This document shows positions 37,421-51,869 of a stretch of 64,000 nt of DNA, piece after piece. The notes beneath the pieces were generated by a model. It searched no databases, was not told the DNA's origin, and saw only the letters and a program-made list of their open reading frames with translations. The stretch comes from Eledone cirrhosa (taxonomy: Eukaryota), in NCBI GenBank assembly GCA_964016885.1, contig OZ024742.1, positions 172,670,001 through 172,734,000 on the forward strand, given 5' to 3'. The position numbers and the translations under genes are program-made. Numbering within the stretch: position 1 is the first letter of the stretch; the number at the start of each line of letters is the position of its first letter.

Positions 37421-40400
37421 TGATAATGATACTAGAGATATATTTTTTGAATCAGGGCCAACGTCAATGAGGGTCCCTTCCAGAAAACAACGTTCCTCGG
37501 AACTGCTAGAATACTTAGACACATTCTAAAAAATTGAAGGTGCCACCTTAGTTCACTGCTTGTGCACAGCTGGCACAGTATTACATCACAAACAACAAAA
37601 ACTGTGCGACAGTGAGTAGTAATAATAATAGAATAAAAATGATACAATGTAACAGTAAAAGTAAGAAAGAGAAACACACCGGTGAACAGGATGGTGGAAC
37701 AGTATCATATTGATAAATAAATACCAATATGTGTATTGCACATTCATTATACATATAAATGTACACACATTCGATAAAACGCACAGTAAATCAGTAAATC
37801 AAGCGAACGTTTGAATCAAATATCTGACACTAAAGTTATCCAGGCATATGTTTATAATCAAAATTTTCTTTAATAATTTTAAAGTGCATTTAAAATTCCT
37901 CGTATATTGTTTGATGAACTGTAAGAGTTGATCAGTTCTAAGCAGCTTCCATGTATTATCTGATCAACTGTAATATTTGATTGAATATTACAAAGGACTT
38001 TAAAAATTAATTTATCCATGTGTTACTAAATTTAATACAATAGTGAAATATTCGCATCTTACTCAAATAGTACTTGCAGCTTTGCTTCAAACGTCTTTTC
38101 TAGAGGCTTCTTAAACATTTATAATAATAACTTCTTGATTTTAATTTGCTTATAGATCAGTAAGTTGTGGATAATGATCAATGTAGATAGATAATAAGCC
38201 CGCAATCTAACATGCAAAGAAATATTTCGAGCAGTCAAATAATCATGCTGTGGTGATAGTCAAACAGAAAAAAAATATTTCTTAATTTGATTATCTATTC
38301 AAATGAGCACTCCAATGCTGCTACTCATTTTGAATGCTTCATTTGTAAAGCGGTTGTCAGTTAAAGTGCATTTTACCTACTTTCGATGTTCGTATTGAAT
38401 TTCAACAATTATGATAGTTGAAGTTGAATTCTTGAAGCAAAACAAAGGAATAGATATGGAGCAGATGGAGAGTGAAGGATGGGTTGGAAAAAAGGAGCGT
38501 AAGAAGAAAAAGAATTGGAGAAGCAAAGAGTGATTCAGGCACGTCAAGGCATGAAATGAATGAAAATATTACTATAATACATGGGCAGCACCAAGCTAGA
38601 GTTTAAGCATAATAGGGGTGTATATGAAAACATTTATAAACATATATAATACGTTTATATACATTAAACATATGGGTGCTCTCACTGCCGAAAAAAAATG
38701 TTTTCGTAAAGAAACGACAATATATTTGTTTCTATACTTTCCTTTGAGTTTCTAACCAAATATATGATTAATCAGATAACTAAATCAGAATCAAATGCGC
38801 TTTAAAAAATGTATGTGGATATTTAATAACCAGCCAATTCATACACTAAACGACGAATTGATTAGTTACATGATAAGAAACCCGAAGTGTGAATCAACTG
38901 GCATGCTGGTAGCAAATTAAGACAATATTTCTTCCAAATCACGATTTTTCATCAAGGATTTATCAAAGCAAATACAAAGGCGTTATATTCTCTTCTTGTT
39001 CCCTATCGTTTCCAACTTGTGAATACCGCTCTTTTTCTCCACCACCTTCTATCCCTTTCTCACTGGCACAATAGTTTATTCAGAATACACATGCTTTCAA
39101 CCCGAAAAAAGGTATTTTCTATTTATTCCGCTACTTACTCTCACCAATATTTCTTGTTATCTGTCATTCTATCTTTCATAACATTATGAAAATGATGAAC
39201 ATTTTTATCAGGAGTTAAACTAATACATATCTTTGTACTGATTGTACTGTATCGGTCCACTTTGTTCTTTCTCCTCGTTGACATTTCGCTTATGTATATA
39301 TATAGAGAGAGACAGACTAGGAGAAAACCAAGTAGATATATCTAATGTTTTGAAGATCCATATTGGACTGGTGTATCCCCTGGTGTAACCAGGTATTTAC
39401 TTATTTATCTGCACATCTTTACATAAATCAACAATAAGCGAATCTCTCTCACTATCCCACGGTATATCCGATTAGCAATGTTGTCAACTGTGTAATGTGG
39501 GAACATCCATTTGATGTTTTGCAAAGGAGATTAAATTATTCCCCCATGAAAATCATGCTTGTTATACCATCATCTTTGACTACTCAGATACCTTGAACGT
39601 ACGTAATATGACAAACACACTGATTTGTTTAGCTACACACGGTTATATCCGTATCAAATTGTAATCTCTGATCAATATTTCAAACATACACACAAGCAAA
39701 GGAGACAACACAAAAGTCACTGATATTATATAAATTGTCGTATGTAAACTAAGAATCACACCTTTTCATGTCGTCCAGTAGTATAGATCAGGGAATACGA
39801 TTTCATATAGGGACCTTCTGAATGGTGATTCTAGTATTGGTTTAAAATCACTAATACAGCATTTCATTTAACATAACATTATGAAATGTGGTTTTAGCTC
39901 TGAGTCTGAAATCAATATTCACTAAATATATAATAAACTCAGTAAAGTAATGTCAATCACTTACCGACGTATTATAAATAACTTGATTCAAGCCATTTCG
40001 ATTCCGTTGTAATATTAATACACTTTAAACAATGTTATGATTATTGGATGATTTTATTTTGATATCTAGACAACAATTCATTATTAATGATAGCAACACC
40101 AAGCAAACTCTTATTTCCCCTCTTTAAACCATGAGGAATATATTATATCAAATTGGTGTAGTAGTAGAAAGTCTGAACACAACTGATTCGTCAAATATTC
40201 CTTGACAACTATCACCAGAAATGAATAGTGCGATCAAAATGCCTTGAATTGACCCAAATAATTGCTTGTCGTTTATTAAGACAATAAAAATCCTTGACCA
40301 GTCATGTTTGCTTGGCCAGAGAATAATGTCACTGATCCCATTAATATTTTTCTAGTGAATGTTGTAATGAAAATGTTCCTGTTATGTTGTAAACTTTGGA

Positions 40401-40509
40401 CGTAGTCAAAAGCGTCCTTTGTTTTTACATGTCTTGTATACCTCGTTTATAGAGGAATAGGAAGCCGCCTCCAGATGTATTTAGACATGCAGTATATAGG
40501 CACATATGC

Positions 40510-40760
40510 TGGCAGCAAGACCGAATGGTTAAGACGTTCGCTTCTCAATCATTAAATACAGGATTAGATCCAATTGCACTGCATCTTGAGCAAGTAACAA
40601 TCGGATGATTCATTAAATGTGAGTGAGATTGTGTGGGCGGAATCTGTTTGGAGGCCCGTTGGTCGGAATGTACCTGTAAATCAACGAGCCAATATTGTCA
40701 CACACTGTGTCACGCAGAATGTCATTGCGAATTACATTAATCGTACAGGTACCTATAGAA
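40510..40760 (+). mobile_element. Second, older tRNA-derived SINE family
   Basis: A-box-like GACCGAATGGTTAAG, CORE-like CATCTTGAGCAAGT, and a head similar to 47175-47240. Confidence 0.5.
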
Positions 40761-43700
40761 TGCTGAACTATTTTCATGTTAATTTCCTAATCGGTTTCTT
40801 CTGTTGATCTACCAAATGGAGTATTCTTCGTCTGAATCGACGGATGTCCATTTCTTCCTGTTCCGTTGTATATGGGGATGAATAAAAATGTAGGATATTT
40901 ATTTCCGAACCATATCGCATCTGCCATCCCCTCAACATTACAGGTTACATAATAATATTCTGAAGCAAACATTACTTTTCACTGTACATTTCAAATGTTA
41001 TCAAGCTATCAAAGGCTATCCACCTATTTATCTTATTATTCCAGCACTAAACTGTAGAGGAAATTTTGACGGAAGTTTATATACAGCTTTGTAATGCGTG
41101 CGTTTCTTATTGATGTAATTAATAGAAATGGCCTCCATTTCAATGGAGACACAGTGTGTTTAACAGCTGAAAGGACATCTACAAATTAGATTCACCGTGA
41201 CACCACTGACATGCACGTAACAGAAAAACTAAATTTCTTACTATTATATTGAAAATGCTGTGGCTGACATATCTCAGCTCAGAAACACGTAGAAGTAAGG
41301 AAGTGAACAAGTAATACATTAAGAGAAAAAAAAGGGAAATAAAACTAGAAATATACCCACGAAAACTACAATCAAATGATGTATAAGCTTCTCTGAATCA
41401 AAATAGCGGGCGTTTCATTCACCTATTTAAAGTGGTTTGTTTCTCCCCTGCATTTATTTGAGAACGAATCTAACAAATATATGTATTTTAGTCATAGATA
41501 ATATGGAGATATCGGAAAAGCTATTTCTTTCTAATCCAAGGTATCGTTATATCTACAACATTTCTCAACAGAAATTGTATCTCATTGTCCAAAAAAGAAG
41601 GATTGTTCAATGTGTTCAATGTGATTTAAGATACAATGCTGCATTCACATGCATGATGCCCCCCTCCCCTCTACACAGACACACGCACACACACACACAC
41701 ACATATATATATGTTTGTGTATGTCTGTGTGTATGTATATGTATATATCATTTCGTTCCTTAACCATTTTAAATGTCATTATGCTCACAGTAGCTGGAAT
41801 AGAGCATTTCACTTCATGTGTGAGAAGCGTATTCTAACAGCATTATTTCGTGATGCTTTAGCGAGATTCAATATAAAACCTGAAATATTGTGGATCGATA
41901 ATGTAGTCAGTGCAGTGGTTTACGATCAACTACAGCTCTATCTTTAAACTTAATTATCAGATTGGTAAACGGAGCTTTCAGCTCAGCACAAAACCCTTGG
42001 TTCGCAAAAGAATTACGTCCAATGATGAGTTAGATTAACAATTATTAACCCTAATGCCAAATCTTATTGCAATTCCTCAGATTAAATTGGGATGTTAAGA
42101 AGGTACTTAAGGTTAAAGGAGAGATGTGCAATAGACATATTTAACTGAAATCTACCTAACGAAACTTACGATACATGCCTGTCCAATAAGATGGATTTGT
42201 ACCTACTCAGGAGAATGTATCTATTACAGACGATATATTGTCACCAGGATAGAGTTAAACAGTAATAAATAAACCAATCCTGCTTTGCTCACAGATATGA
42301 CATTGCAGCATTTAAACTACTTTATTGCTTCAGGATCAAGCGGCGTGCTTGACTATATACTGGTATTCAGAGGAAGATTGATGAAAGGTATATTCGGAAA
42401 ATACTGGTAATCTTATAGCGGTCCAAATTCAATGTGTGTATGTGTCTTTGAGTGTGAGGGTGTGTGTGTGTGTGGGGGGGGGGTCTGCGTGTGCAGGATA
42501 TCAGTAGATAGATGTTCGACGAAAACACTGCATAATATATTGCAAGAGAGCGTTTTAGATTAAATAAAATTCCATGCACGTAATATGCATGCACGACCTT
42601 AGGTTTCGGGATACAGTTATTGCTACCACTATATAATGTGGAGCTACTTCAATACTTGCCTCTTATCGAGCGTAGGACAAGATTCCGACGAAAAAAAAAA
42701 ATGTTCTCAAGCTGACTATACTTGCTTTAAACCATGGAGAGCCCCTTTTCGAAACCAAGGGATGTGATCTGGAATCCTGGCATTCTAACCTTTAATATAT
42801 AAGCTATTCTGTGTGTAAAATACATGTGACTTGAGTTGCGTGCTAATTATCTAAGAAACATATGAATTTTTGTTTTTTTTATATTATATTCATATAGTAT
42901 CAGTTGCATATACACTTTCCCAATATTTTTTTATTGTATTATCGTGTTTTACATCTTCATATATGTTTTTTTTAATATTTGAGCTTCATAATATATGACA
43001 CCCTTGTTATATTTGACACCTCTCTACATATATTGTTTTATTTGGATGTTATTATTACTTACTTTCTAACTTTCCTGTATCTCACCTAGTAACTATGAAT
43101 GTAAGAATTATAGAGTACTACACCGCAAATTACATGCCATATATGACAAATTATATATTCAAAGAACACTGGTCTCAATAATAGACGTGGTTTAGTTAGA
43201 TTTTCATTTAATGTCGGTTTTATTTCTAATGTAACCTAGATTAATTCAAGTCAACCCCAGAATTAACTCCCTCCTGACTGTATACTGACTATATTTTTCT
43301 AGTGAAGTTTGACCTTGTGAAACCTTTCTCGCATAAGCTAGAACGCCGACGAGATAACATAGAATACGTAGTGTAATGGCTATGTGCATGTTTTCGTCGG
43401 TAGGGTGTATTAGTCCATCAGAGTGGAACATCTGGCCCTTGGAGTGAAAAACTGTTCAGACTAATTTCGACATGACCTAGAGTGCTTGGTAATTGACAAG
43501 ATCATGAATCAATTTTCTCTTCAATTGTTAGTGAATACAGTCCAGTTATATTGGACTTCACTTTTATACAACGGACCTGGCGATGAGCTGGTGTCGAACC
43601 ACAACAGGCTCAGCTCTAAACAAATGAATGCATATATGGATAAGAATATATTTTGGAAATTCGAACCTTCCGAAATAACTGCCTTCTTTTTAACTAATCT

Positions 43701-44181
43701 ATTTTAATCTTTATAATTGTTATAATAATTTTCCTAATATTTCGTTTATTTCTTCTATTTTTGGCCATACGATATTTTGTTAATTTTATACATATTTAAT
43801 GACAGTCACCTCTGAATGACCTGTCTAATAGACGACCAATAGAGTAGAGTCTTATGTGTCGGCACTTCACCGCCACTATCCTGCTTCGTCACGCCGAGAA
43901 CATCTAGAGGCAGGGGCTGCCTTTTCACAATACAACAGATTTTCACAGGCAGTCCACGGGTGGAATTGTGATTTTCAATTTCCTATTCTCTTCTCCCTAT
44001 TTTCCATGATATGTTCGGGTTTAATACAACCCTGTTATGTAATTCTGTCAAAGTCATCTGATGAGTTAGTCCAGTCTTGCATCATATTTGGATGATGGAG
44101 CTGGGACATTGAAATATGTATAGTGATTTCACAGAATCAAAATCTTAAAGCATATCTTCCAGTCCGGCCTTCAGGTGTAGT

Positions 44182-44220
<39 letters not shown>

Positions 44221-44261
44221 ATATTAAATAAATGGAAACTATATTTATAAAACCATATTTA

Positions 44262-44317
44262 TTCTATTATATATATTTCAAGGGTACAAACATTTTGGTA
44301 CGCTCTCATCAGATAAA
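44262..44317 (-). ncRNA. Type-I hammerhead motif, intact core boxes
   Basis: UUUAU CUGAUGA GAGCGUAC...GUACCCUU GAAA UAUAUA UA AUAGAA. Confidence 0.65.
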
Positions 44318-45043
44318 ATACAAAGTTTGTTTTATAAATATTGACATAACCAGGAAAGAATAACTTAACAGTTCAAGTTTTTCTGGATAGTGAAGGAAAG
44401 AAGGGAAAGAGAAGAAAAGTCAAATATTTCAAATTATTAAGATGAGTATGCAAATGCGGTTGAGGTATAGGCCTGAAAAAAACGTTATTTTTAGACGCTA
44501 TGTAGATTTAAATAATTAGGATATATATATGTATGTGTAGGAAGAAAATAAAAACATTATAACATGTTTGCTAAACTATATAACTTCGATAAATTAACAA
44601 TATTCTGAAAATATGTTCAATGTTGGAACCATATATTTGAATCTACAAATTGTTCACCTCTTACAACTTGAATTACGTGTTTTTTTAATGTAAAATGCAA
44701 AATCAACTCCTTCCTAACTCATATGAGAAATGTAAACAACTAATAATTGTGATTTATTTCTATTTCTTTAAAATCACCATTAATACCTATACGTGCACAA
44801 TTATTAATCTATATACTATTTATATACATACGTCCTGTTGTAATGTAATAAGATAAAATGTACTTACAACCATAATTCGTCATATAATCTAATTGATTAT
44901 ATATTAAATATTATAACTCATAATATAGCTAAATAATTTTTAAATTCTGGAATTATATTCCACCATTCCTACAAACTGTTAATTCTTTTTAAATTAACGT
45001 AAATACAAGCTCTTCTTTCTTTCTCTTTCTTCTTCCTACACAT

Positions 45044-45125
<82 letters not shown>

Positions 45126-45370
45126 AGGAAGAAGATATAATTTAATTTATATATATATATATATTCTAATTATTTAAATCTACATTTCGTCGAAAATTAA
45201 CGGTTTTTTTTCAGGCCTATACCTCAACCTCATTTGCATACTCATCTTAATAATTTGAAATATTTGCCTTTTCTTCTCTTTCCCTTCTTTCCTTCACTAT
45301 CCAGGAAAAACTTGATCTGTTAAGTTATTCTTTCCTGGTTATGTCAATATTTATAAAACAAACTTTGTAT

Positions 45371-45426
45371 TTTATCTGATCAGAGCGTACCAATGTTTTG
45401 GTACTCTTGAAATATATATAATAGAA
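45371..45426 (+). ncRNA. Type-I hammerhead motif, core mutated (CUGAUCA)
   Basis: UUUAU CUGAUCA GAGCGUACCA-AUGUUU-UGGUACUCUU GAAA UAUAUA UA AUAGAA. Confidence 0.55.
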
Positions 45427-45886
45427 TAAATATGGTTTTATAAATATAGTTTCCATTTATTTACTATCAGAAACATTTGTCGAGTGCTTTCAATCAGTTA
45501 TAAACATTTATTTTTGTTGAAATCCCAACAAATTGAATATCTCTTTTTCTTATATATATATATATATATATAGTGTGTAGATAAATCTACCAAAAGTTTA
45601 CAGTAGTGTCCAATCCGTATGAAGAACTCAATGTAATCCGGATATCATGGAAAGAGAAGATTTATTCAAAAACTACTTTCGGTGAAAAATAAACGGAAAA
45701 TTTCTGAAGACAGCATATATATGTGTAGGTATGTATATTCCATCTGATAGTTTGTATAAATATTGTACATAGAGCTATAGAATATGCATACCAACTCTAA
45801 CACATATATATCCTAGAAAAGATCGTAAAATGATGAATTTTTTTAATATGAGGAACTGTTTCTTTGTTTATTCATTATTTTATTAA

Positions 45887-45923
<37 letters not shown>

Positions 45924-47174
45924 AGCCTCGGTTCCAGACGTATTATGTGGTTGGGGTGGGTAGCTATCAAACTGTGGGAATGTAATTTTTGTTATTTCTC
46001 CAGGTAGTGCCTAAACTGTTTCTACTCCTTTTGTATACTCAAAGCAATGCTAGTAATAATATCGCCTAAACCAATTGGGTATCGGCTCCTGCCACACCTG
46101 AAGGTTTGAAGTTATTACAACCACTACTTTGTTCCTCTAACCAGCTGACGAAGATGTAGCTATATGGATAAGATCTTACGGACAAGACACGTGTCAGACA
46201 TACCTGAGTTATTTGAGATAATCACTGAAGAACTGACTGTTGTATCTACATTTGTATTTAAATTTGAAAACCGGGACAGCTGCATAGTAGTCGGATATGT
46301 GACATATCATATGTTTCAAGTTTTATATATTTTTAAAATGTTCTCTATAACTCATAGAAGTTGAGATATATGGCTTTTGGGAACCTGTGTCATTTCTCTA
46401 CTTATAGCAAGCGGGGAGAGGATCATCGCTAACAACGAATATCTGCATGTTGGAATGGCTGCTCCATTACGTCTCACTAACTCTTTTGGGGATTACGCAT
46501 TCACAATTTTGTTCACTAGCATCATGAACACACATCCATTTGATACATAATAAATCAATTGAAATGTTAGTGTAATAAATGTTATTTTTTTATATATGGT
46601 CACAGTGAAGTCTATTTAGGTGTTGATGTGTATTGTTATAGATAAATACATTTAATCAACAGAAATCCCAAACTCTATTGTTATGGGAAATTGATGGCAA
46701 CTGAATTCGCCGTATTTACAAGGAATTGTAATAACGTGTGTGTGTGTGTATGTATTTATGTATGTATATATGTATGAATATATATTTATAAATCCACTTG
46801 TTTTCTTGCTGAGCTTTGATCTTATACTTTAATATTTCATGAAATTCCACCTTCACAACATCGTATATTCAAAACGTTTAATGTTTCATTAAAACATCTT
46901 TTCAACTGAATTACATGTAGTTGGATATTCATCCCTATGTCATGACCATCTAACATGAGATAGAAGATTTATATACAGCATTTCGTAGAATTAAACAATT
47001 CCTTATGCAAAGAAAGCATTTACGAAATAAGAATGTTTCTCATTCACGAACACTGTTTACATTATGTTCATATCAGTTCCTTAACAATAGTAAATTCTTC
47101 AAGCAAGAAAGGTTTTGTACGTGATTAAAGGATATGCAAAGTCTGAATATTTTCATTCTTCTTGTGAACAGAGC

Positions 47175-47420
47175 ATTGCGGAATGGTTAAAGCGTACGCT
47201 TTGCAAACACTATGTCCTAGATTTGATATAAGTGTATGGTGTCATGCGTCATAGTGACACGCAGTCCCGTGTCAGCCCATGACTTGTAAGAGAAGTAGGG
47301 GAGATTGAGACTGATACTTGCATTAACGGTACACGTGTCTGTTGAATGCTGCATCATTTCCACGTAAATTTTATGAGCAGGCCGTTCCGGTCTTCGATCA
47401 ATTGGAACAACCATCCTTGA
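47175..47420 (+). mobile_element. Old SINE, second family
   Basis: GCGGAATGGTTAAAGCGTACGCTT head, similar to 40510. Confidence 0.4.
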
Positions 47421-49096
47421 AAGTGTGGGAGGTTCATTCCACTTGTATTTTCCAGTCTTATTTAATGTTTAATATTTAATGCAGTCGAAATTCGAAAAGT
47501 TATGTTAATTGATTATTCAAATCACACACAACAAAAATTACATTAATGGATGTTATATATAACAAGGTTATTAGTTTATTTAGAAATAACTTCTATAATC
47601 CCCATAGGCGTCTAAAGTTATTTAGCATTTATTTGATACTATTTGCGCAAACTCTAATCACATTTTGCCGTATAATAAAGTCATAATCTTAATCAATTCA
47701 TGTTGCCTGCGTATATATTCCAATGCATGCTCATTAGTTCCAAGGTTAGATCGAACAAGTAAATATTTGCATGATGATTTGACCAATGAAATCCAGTCAC
47801 ATTTTAATATAGCCACCAGCCATTCTCTGACCATTTCCTCATTTTTCTCTCGTGCCATTGAGCATTTCAATGTCCCCGGTTCCCGGGTGTTGCTTACTCC
47901 AGCCAAATAAGGACGAGATCATTTCACCTTAGGATTGGAATGGTTGACAAAGCGGATATTGCTGGCAAGTGAACGTTGTAGTACTTTCGCCATGTTTTAC
48001 ATGGAGTACACTTCTCGTTCTATTACTTAACGAATTGGGGGATATCGTTTCAAAAACAAAGCGTGTGCTTTCGACTTAGATACATTATACTTGAAACCAA
48101 GACATATGGTCATATTTGGAACGCCTATCATATTTACCACAGTTAAGATGGGGCGAAACAGAAAAGATAAAACAACAATAAACGGTTAATACAATCGTAC
48201 AATAAAGCTCTTCACACTTCACACGGACATTCACACTTCCTCAGCTGCCGTTCTTTCTTCTGCCAATAAACACAATTAGTGATTGAATATATTAATCACA
48301 ATCTAACATATGTTTGGTGAGTGAATTGGATGAAACTGTATGGTATGGGGTTCAGCAATAAGTGACAGTGAAACTGTCAAGTGATTGTCCAGATATTTTA
48401 GCTAATTTATAATTAACGATGCTATTACGCAGATCGATATTTGCACGTGATCGCAAGTCAAACAATTACTTTAAACGAGTAGATAATCCAATATTCGGTA
48501 TTCTTTGAATGAATAGTACTGCTAGGATTCCCACAGTGCGTAGCCAGTAATCATTGACCTATCTAACAACAAAGGGCAAGGAATTATACATTTTAACGAC
48601 AATAACAATTAATAAAACAAAGAGGTTTTTCTGTTATTTATTTGCTAAAATTTGTCCAAGTGTAACTTGTTGGTTCCGGCTTCTAGCCAGCTTACTCTGC
48701 CATGAAATAACCGGGGCTATTCATAAAAATAATAATGGTGATTTTAATATAGATATAAATATATCTTAGATATATATCTTGGTTATGATTTCATATAACA
48801 TCATATTAATCTCTATTATTAACTACGGTTCGGTTGTTTCTTTTTTTATTATCACGCAATTTAACAAAAAATTGAATTTCAATTAAAGTATTATTACCAA
48901 ATTATCAATAATTGTATAAGAGTAATAATCACTGGTACAACGCACATTAAATTGAGTGTATATAACTATATAACGCAGAGGCACGGATTCATTAGACACC
49001 TCTCCGTCGACATTTGCATAGAATATGCATATATTTAAATATAAATGCACACATATATACACACATTACACACACACACATATATATAAACATTTA

Positions 49097-49289
49097 TAAT
49101 TACACATATACATGTATATATATACATTGAAAAAACCCACATTCTATATATATGTGTGTGAATGTGTGTCTGCGGGTACGTGCGTGTACGTTCATATATA
49201 TATATATCAAACACCCCACTCTCCAGAGCGTGAAATTAATAAACATTTGTTGTACTGCCTCTCTGTTTTGTCCCTGTTCACATTTTTCC

Positions 49290-49346
<57 letters not shown>

Positions 49347-50985
49347 ACGGTTAGTTGTGGGGTCTAGTCTGCATGAAGAACTCAATGTAATCCATATGTT
49401 GAAAATGTTGTAGGTTAAAATAAATCCCGGGAATCAATAACACATCAAAAGGAAAACAGAGTCATGATATAAGTTAAAACAATGAAATAAAAATTCAAGT
49501 CATTCGGAATATACGTCACTGCTTTACGATCGTTTCTAGGTGATAATAATACATCGTACACATATTTCGTTATCAATCTATGTAAGGTTAGTTACAAAAT
49601 ATAAAATAAGGAATATGTTTACCTACGTGTATATCGTCAGCCGTTGTCAAAAGCAATGAAAATGTTATTCAAAATCAATAGTAAATAGAGTTATATGACC
49701 CTATTTGGAGGTAGCTGAAGAATAAACCAATAAAATGGTGTTTTGCCATATGATGTTAAGACGAAATATAACTAACTTTAATTAAGGTCATGACCTTTTG
49801 AAAGGAATGGTTGAATGTTGTTAAAAATAGAATTACTATGAATAACCTATGAAGAAACGGGTTTGTTGTATTGATACTTTAATTAATTTTGAATGGTTGA
49901 ATGTTGTTAAAAATAGAATTACTATGAAGAACCTATGAAGAAACGGGTTTGTTCTATTGATAGTGGAATGTAGATAGTGGAGTAAAGTTTAAAAAGGGAG
50001 GTAAAAATTATATGTTGAGTTGTGTTGGTGAATATAAATAAAGAAATATTAAATACGGAAATAACTAAGATAAATATAGATAGGTAAAGTAATGGTCATA
50101 ACTAGGAATATATTAAAAGATGAACATTATAATGAAGAACAAACCAATCAAATGGTAATTTGCCATTATAATTTTCATCTTTTAATAAACTATCCTTCCA
50201 TTACTTTACCTATCTATATTTATCCTAGTTATTTCCGTATATTTTATATTTCTTTATTGATATTCACCAACACAACTCAACATATAATTTTTACTTCCCT
50301 TTTTAAACTTCACTCCACTATCTACATTCCACTATCAATAGAACAAACCCGTTTCTTCATAGGTTTTTCATAGTAATTCTATTTTTAACAACATTCAACC
50401 ATTCAAAATTAATTAAAGTGGGTTATATTTCGTCTTAACATCATATGGAAAAACACCACTTGATTGGCTTGTTCTTCAGCTACCTCCAAATAGGGTCATA
50501 GAACTTAATTTACTATTGATTTTGAATATAATTTTCATTGCTTTTGACACAGCTGACGATATACACGTAGGTAAATATATTCCTTATTAGATATTTTGGA
50601 ACTAACCTTACATAGATCGATAACGAAATATGAGTACGATCTATTATTATCACCTAGAAACGATCGTAAAGCAGTGAAGTATATTTTTATTTCATTATTT
50701 TAACTTATATCATGACTCTGTTTTCCTTTTGATGTTTTATAGTTTTCCGGGATTTATTTAACCTACAACATTTTCAACATATGGATTACATTGAGTTCTT
50801 CATGCAGACTAGACCCCACAACTAACAGTGGATATTTCTGTATATATATATATTTATGTATATATATATATATATGTATATATATATGAACGTACACGCA
50901 TGTACCCGCATACACACATTTACACACATATATATAGAATGTAGTTTTATTTGTATGTATATATACATGTATATGTGTAATTATA
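49097..50985. mobile_element. Large fold-back: inner arms 49342-50095 / 50198-50835, outer arms about 49097-49200 / 50880-50985
   Basis: Extended reverse-complement match, a spacer of about 100 bp, and an 88-bp-period tandem duplication in the left arm only. Confidence 0.92.
50534..50678 (+). ncRNA. Degenerate hammerhead-like motif with long stem II (mirror copy at about 49514-49660)
   Basis: UUCAUUGCUU / AAGCAGUGAA stem I and GAAA CGAUCG UA. First core box degraded (UUGACAC or UUGACAA). Confidence 0.4.
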
Positions 50986-51035
50986 TATATATATATACAA
51001 ATATATATATATATATATATACAAATATATATACA

Positions 51036-51083
<48 letters not shown>

Positions 51084-51115
51084 TTCAGATGATGTAACCT
51101 TGTGGTGGAGCGAGT

Positions 51116-51156
<41 letters not shown>

Positions 51157-51316
51157 ACACACGCATATACATATATGTATACATACATATGTATGCATGT
51201 ATATGCGTATATATAAGCGTGTGTGTGTATAAACTTATACCATGTGTATTCATATATTGATGCACACACGCCCGTAGGCGCGCACACACACTTACATGTA
51301 TATACAATTATATATG

Positions 51317-51351
<35 letters not shown>

Positions 51352-51869
51352 TTGTGTGTGTGTGTATACAGCACACATATACAGTACATTTATACATACG
51401 AAGTAGAAGGATACCGTAGGCTAAATTAGTCTTGTAACACTCGGCGTCATCCTTTGTATTGTATCAATAATAAATGTACAGTTTCACTCTTGCCACTAAC
51501 GCAATGACGAAATTGTGGTTAGCTCCTTTGAGATAAAGCTAACATATCTCTAGACTCTTTTAATTAATGATACAGGGAATGACGAAACATTCATTTGCAG
51601 AAGTGGAACAATTGTACGGGGAAAGTATACGCTACGCCGGGGGACTGGTCATGTGATATATCCAATACATTCTTTAGTTGCTATATCCGAAATATACACG
51701 AGAATGAAATTGTATCGTCTGAAATATCATGCTGTTTTATATCAGGTTCTTGTGAGCTAAGTTCAAATCAGACTCTACAGAACATTGTCTGTCAACATTT
51801 CGGTCTTAATAAATCAGTCTAGCTCGGATGACAAGCCGCTGAGCAACAAGTAAGATGTTTTACATAATT

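Larger units (their letters stand above)
44219..45469. mobile_element. Fold-back element, arms about 310-330 bp, one hammerhead per arm, after (TA)n
   Basis: 44219-44530 is inverted relative to about 45155-45469. Confidence 0.9.

Noticed and set aside
43570-43625. CTGGCGA-TGAGCTG...CAGCTC-TAAA hammerhead-like string
   Set aside because: Both core boxes are mutated and stem I is missing.
46140-46200. CTGACGA...AAGA-CACGTG-TC hammerhead-like string
   Set aside because: GAAA box absent and stems ambiguous.
47640-48260. Possible Tc1/mariner transposase relic
   Set aside because: Only a vague DL..EH resemblance; no TIRs or DDE/D motifs could be supported.
51601-51849. Plus-strand exon candidate with AG/GT borders and a faint CYFIP-like peptide
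   Set aside because: All three frames hit stops before the donor, the similarity is a few residues, and it adjoins a PLE remnant.
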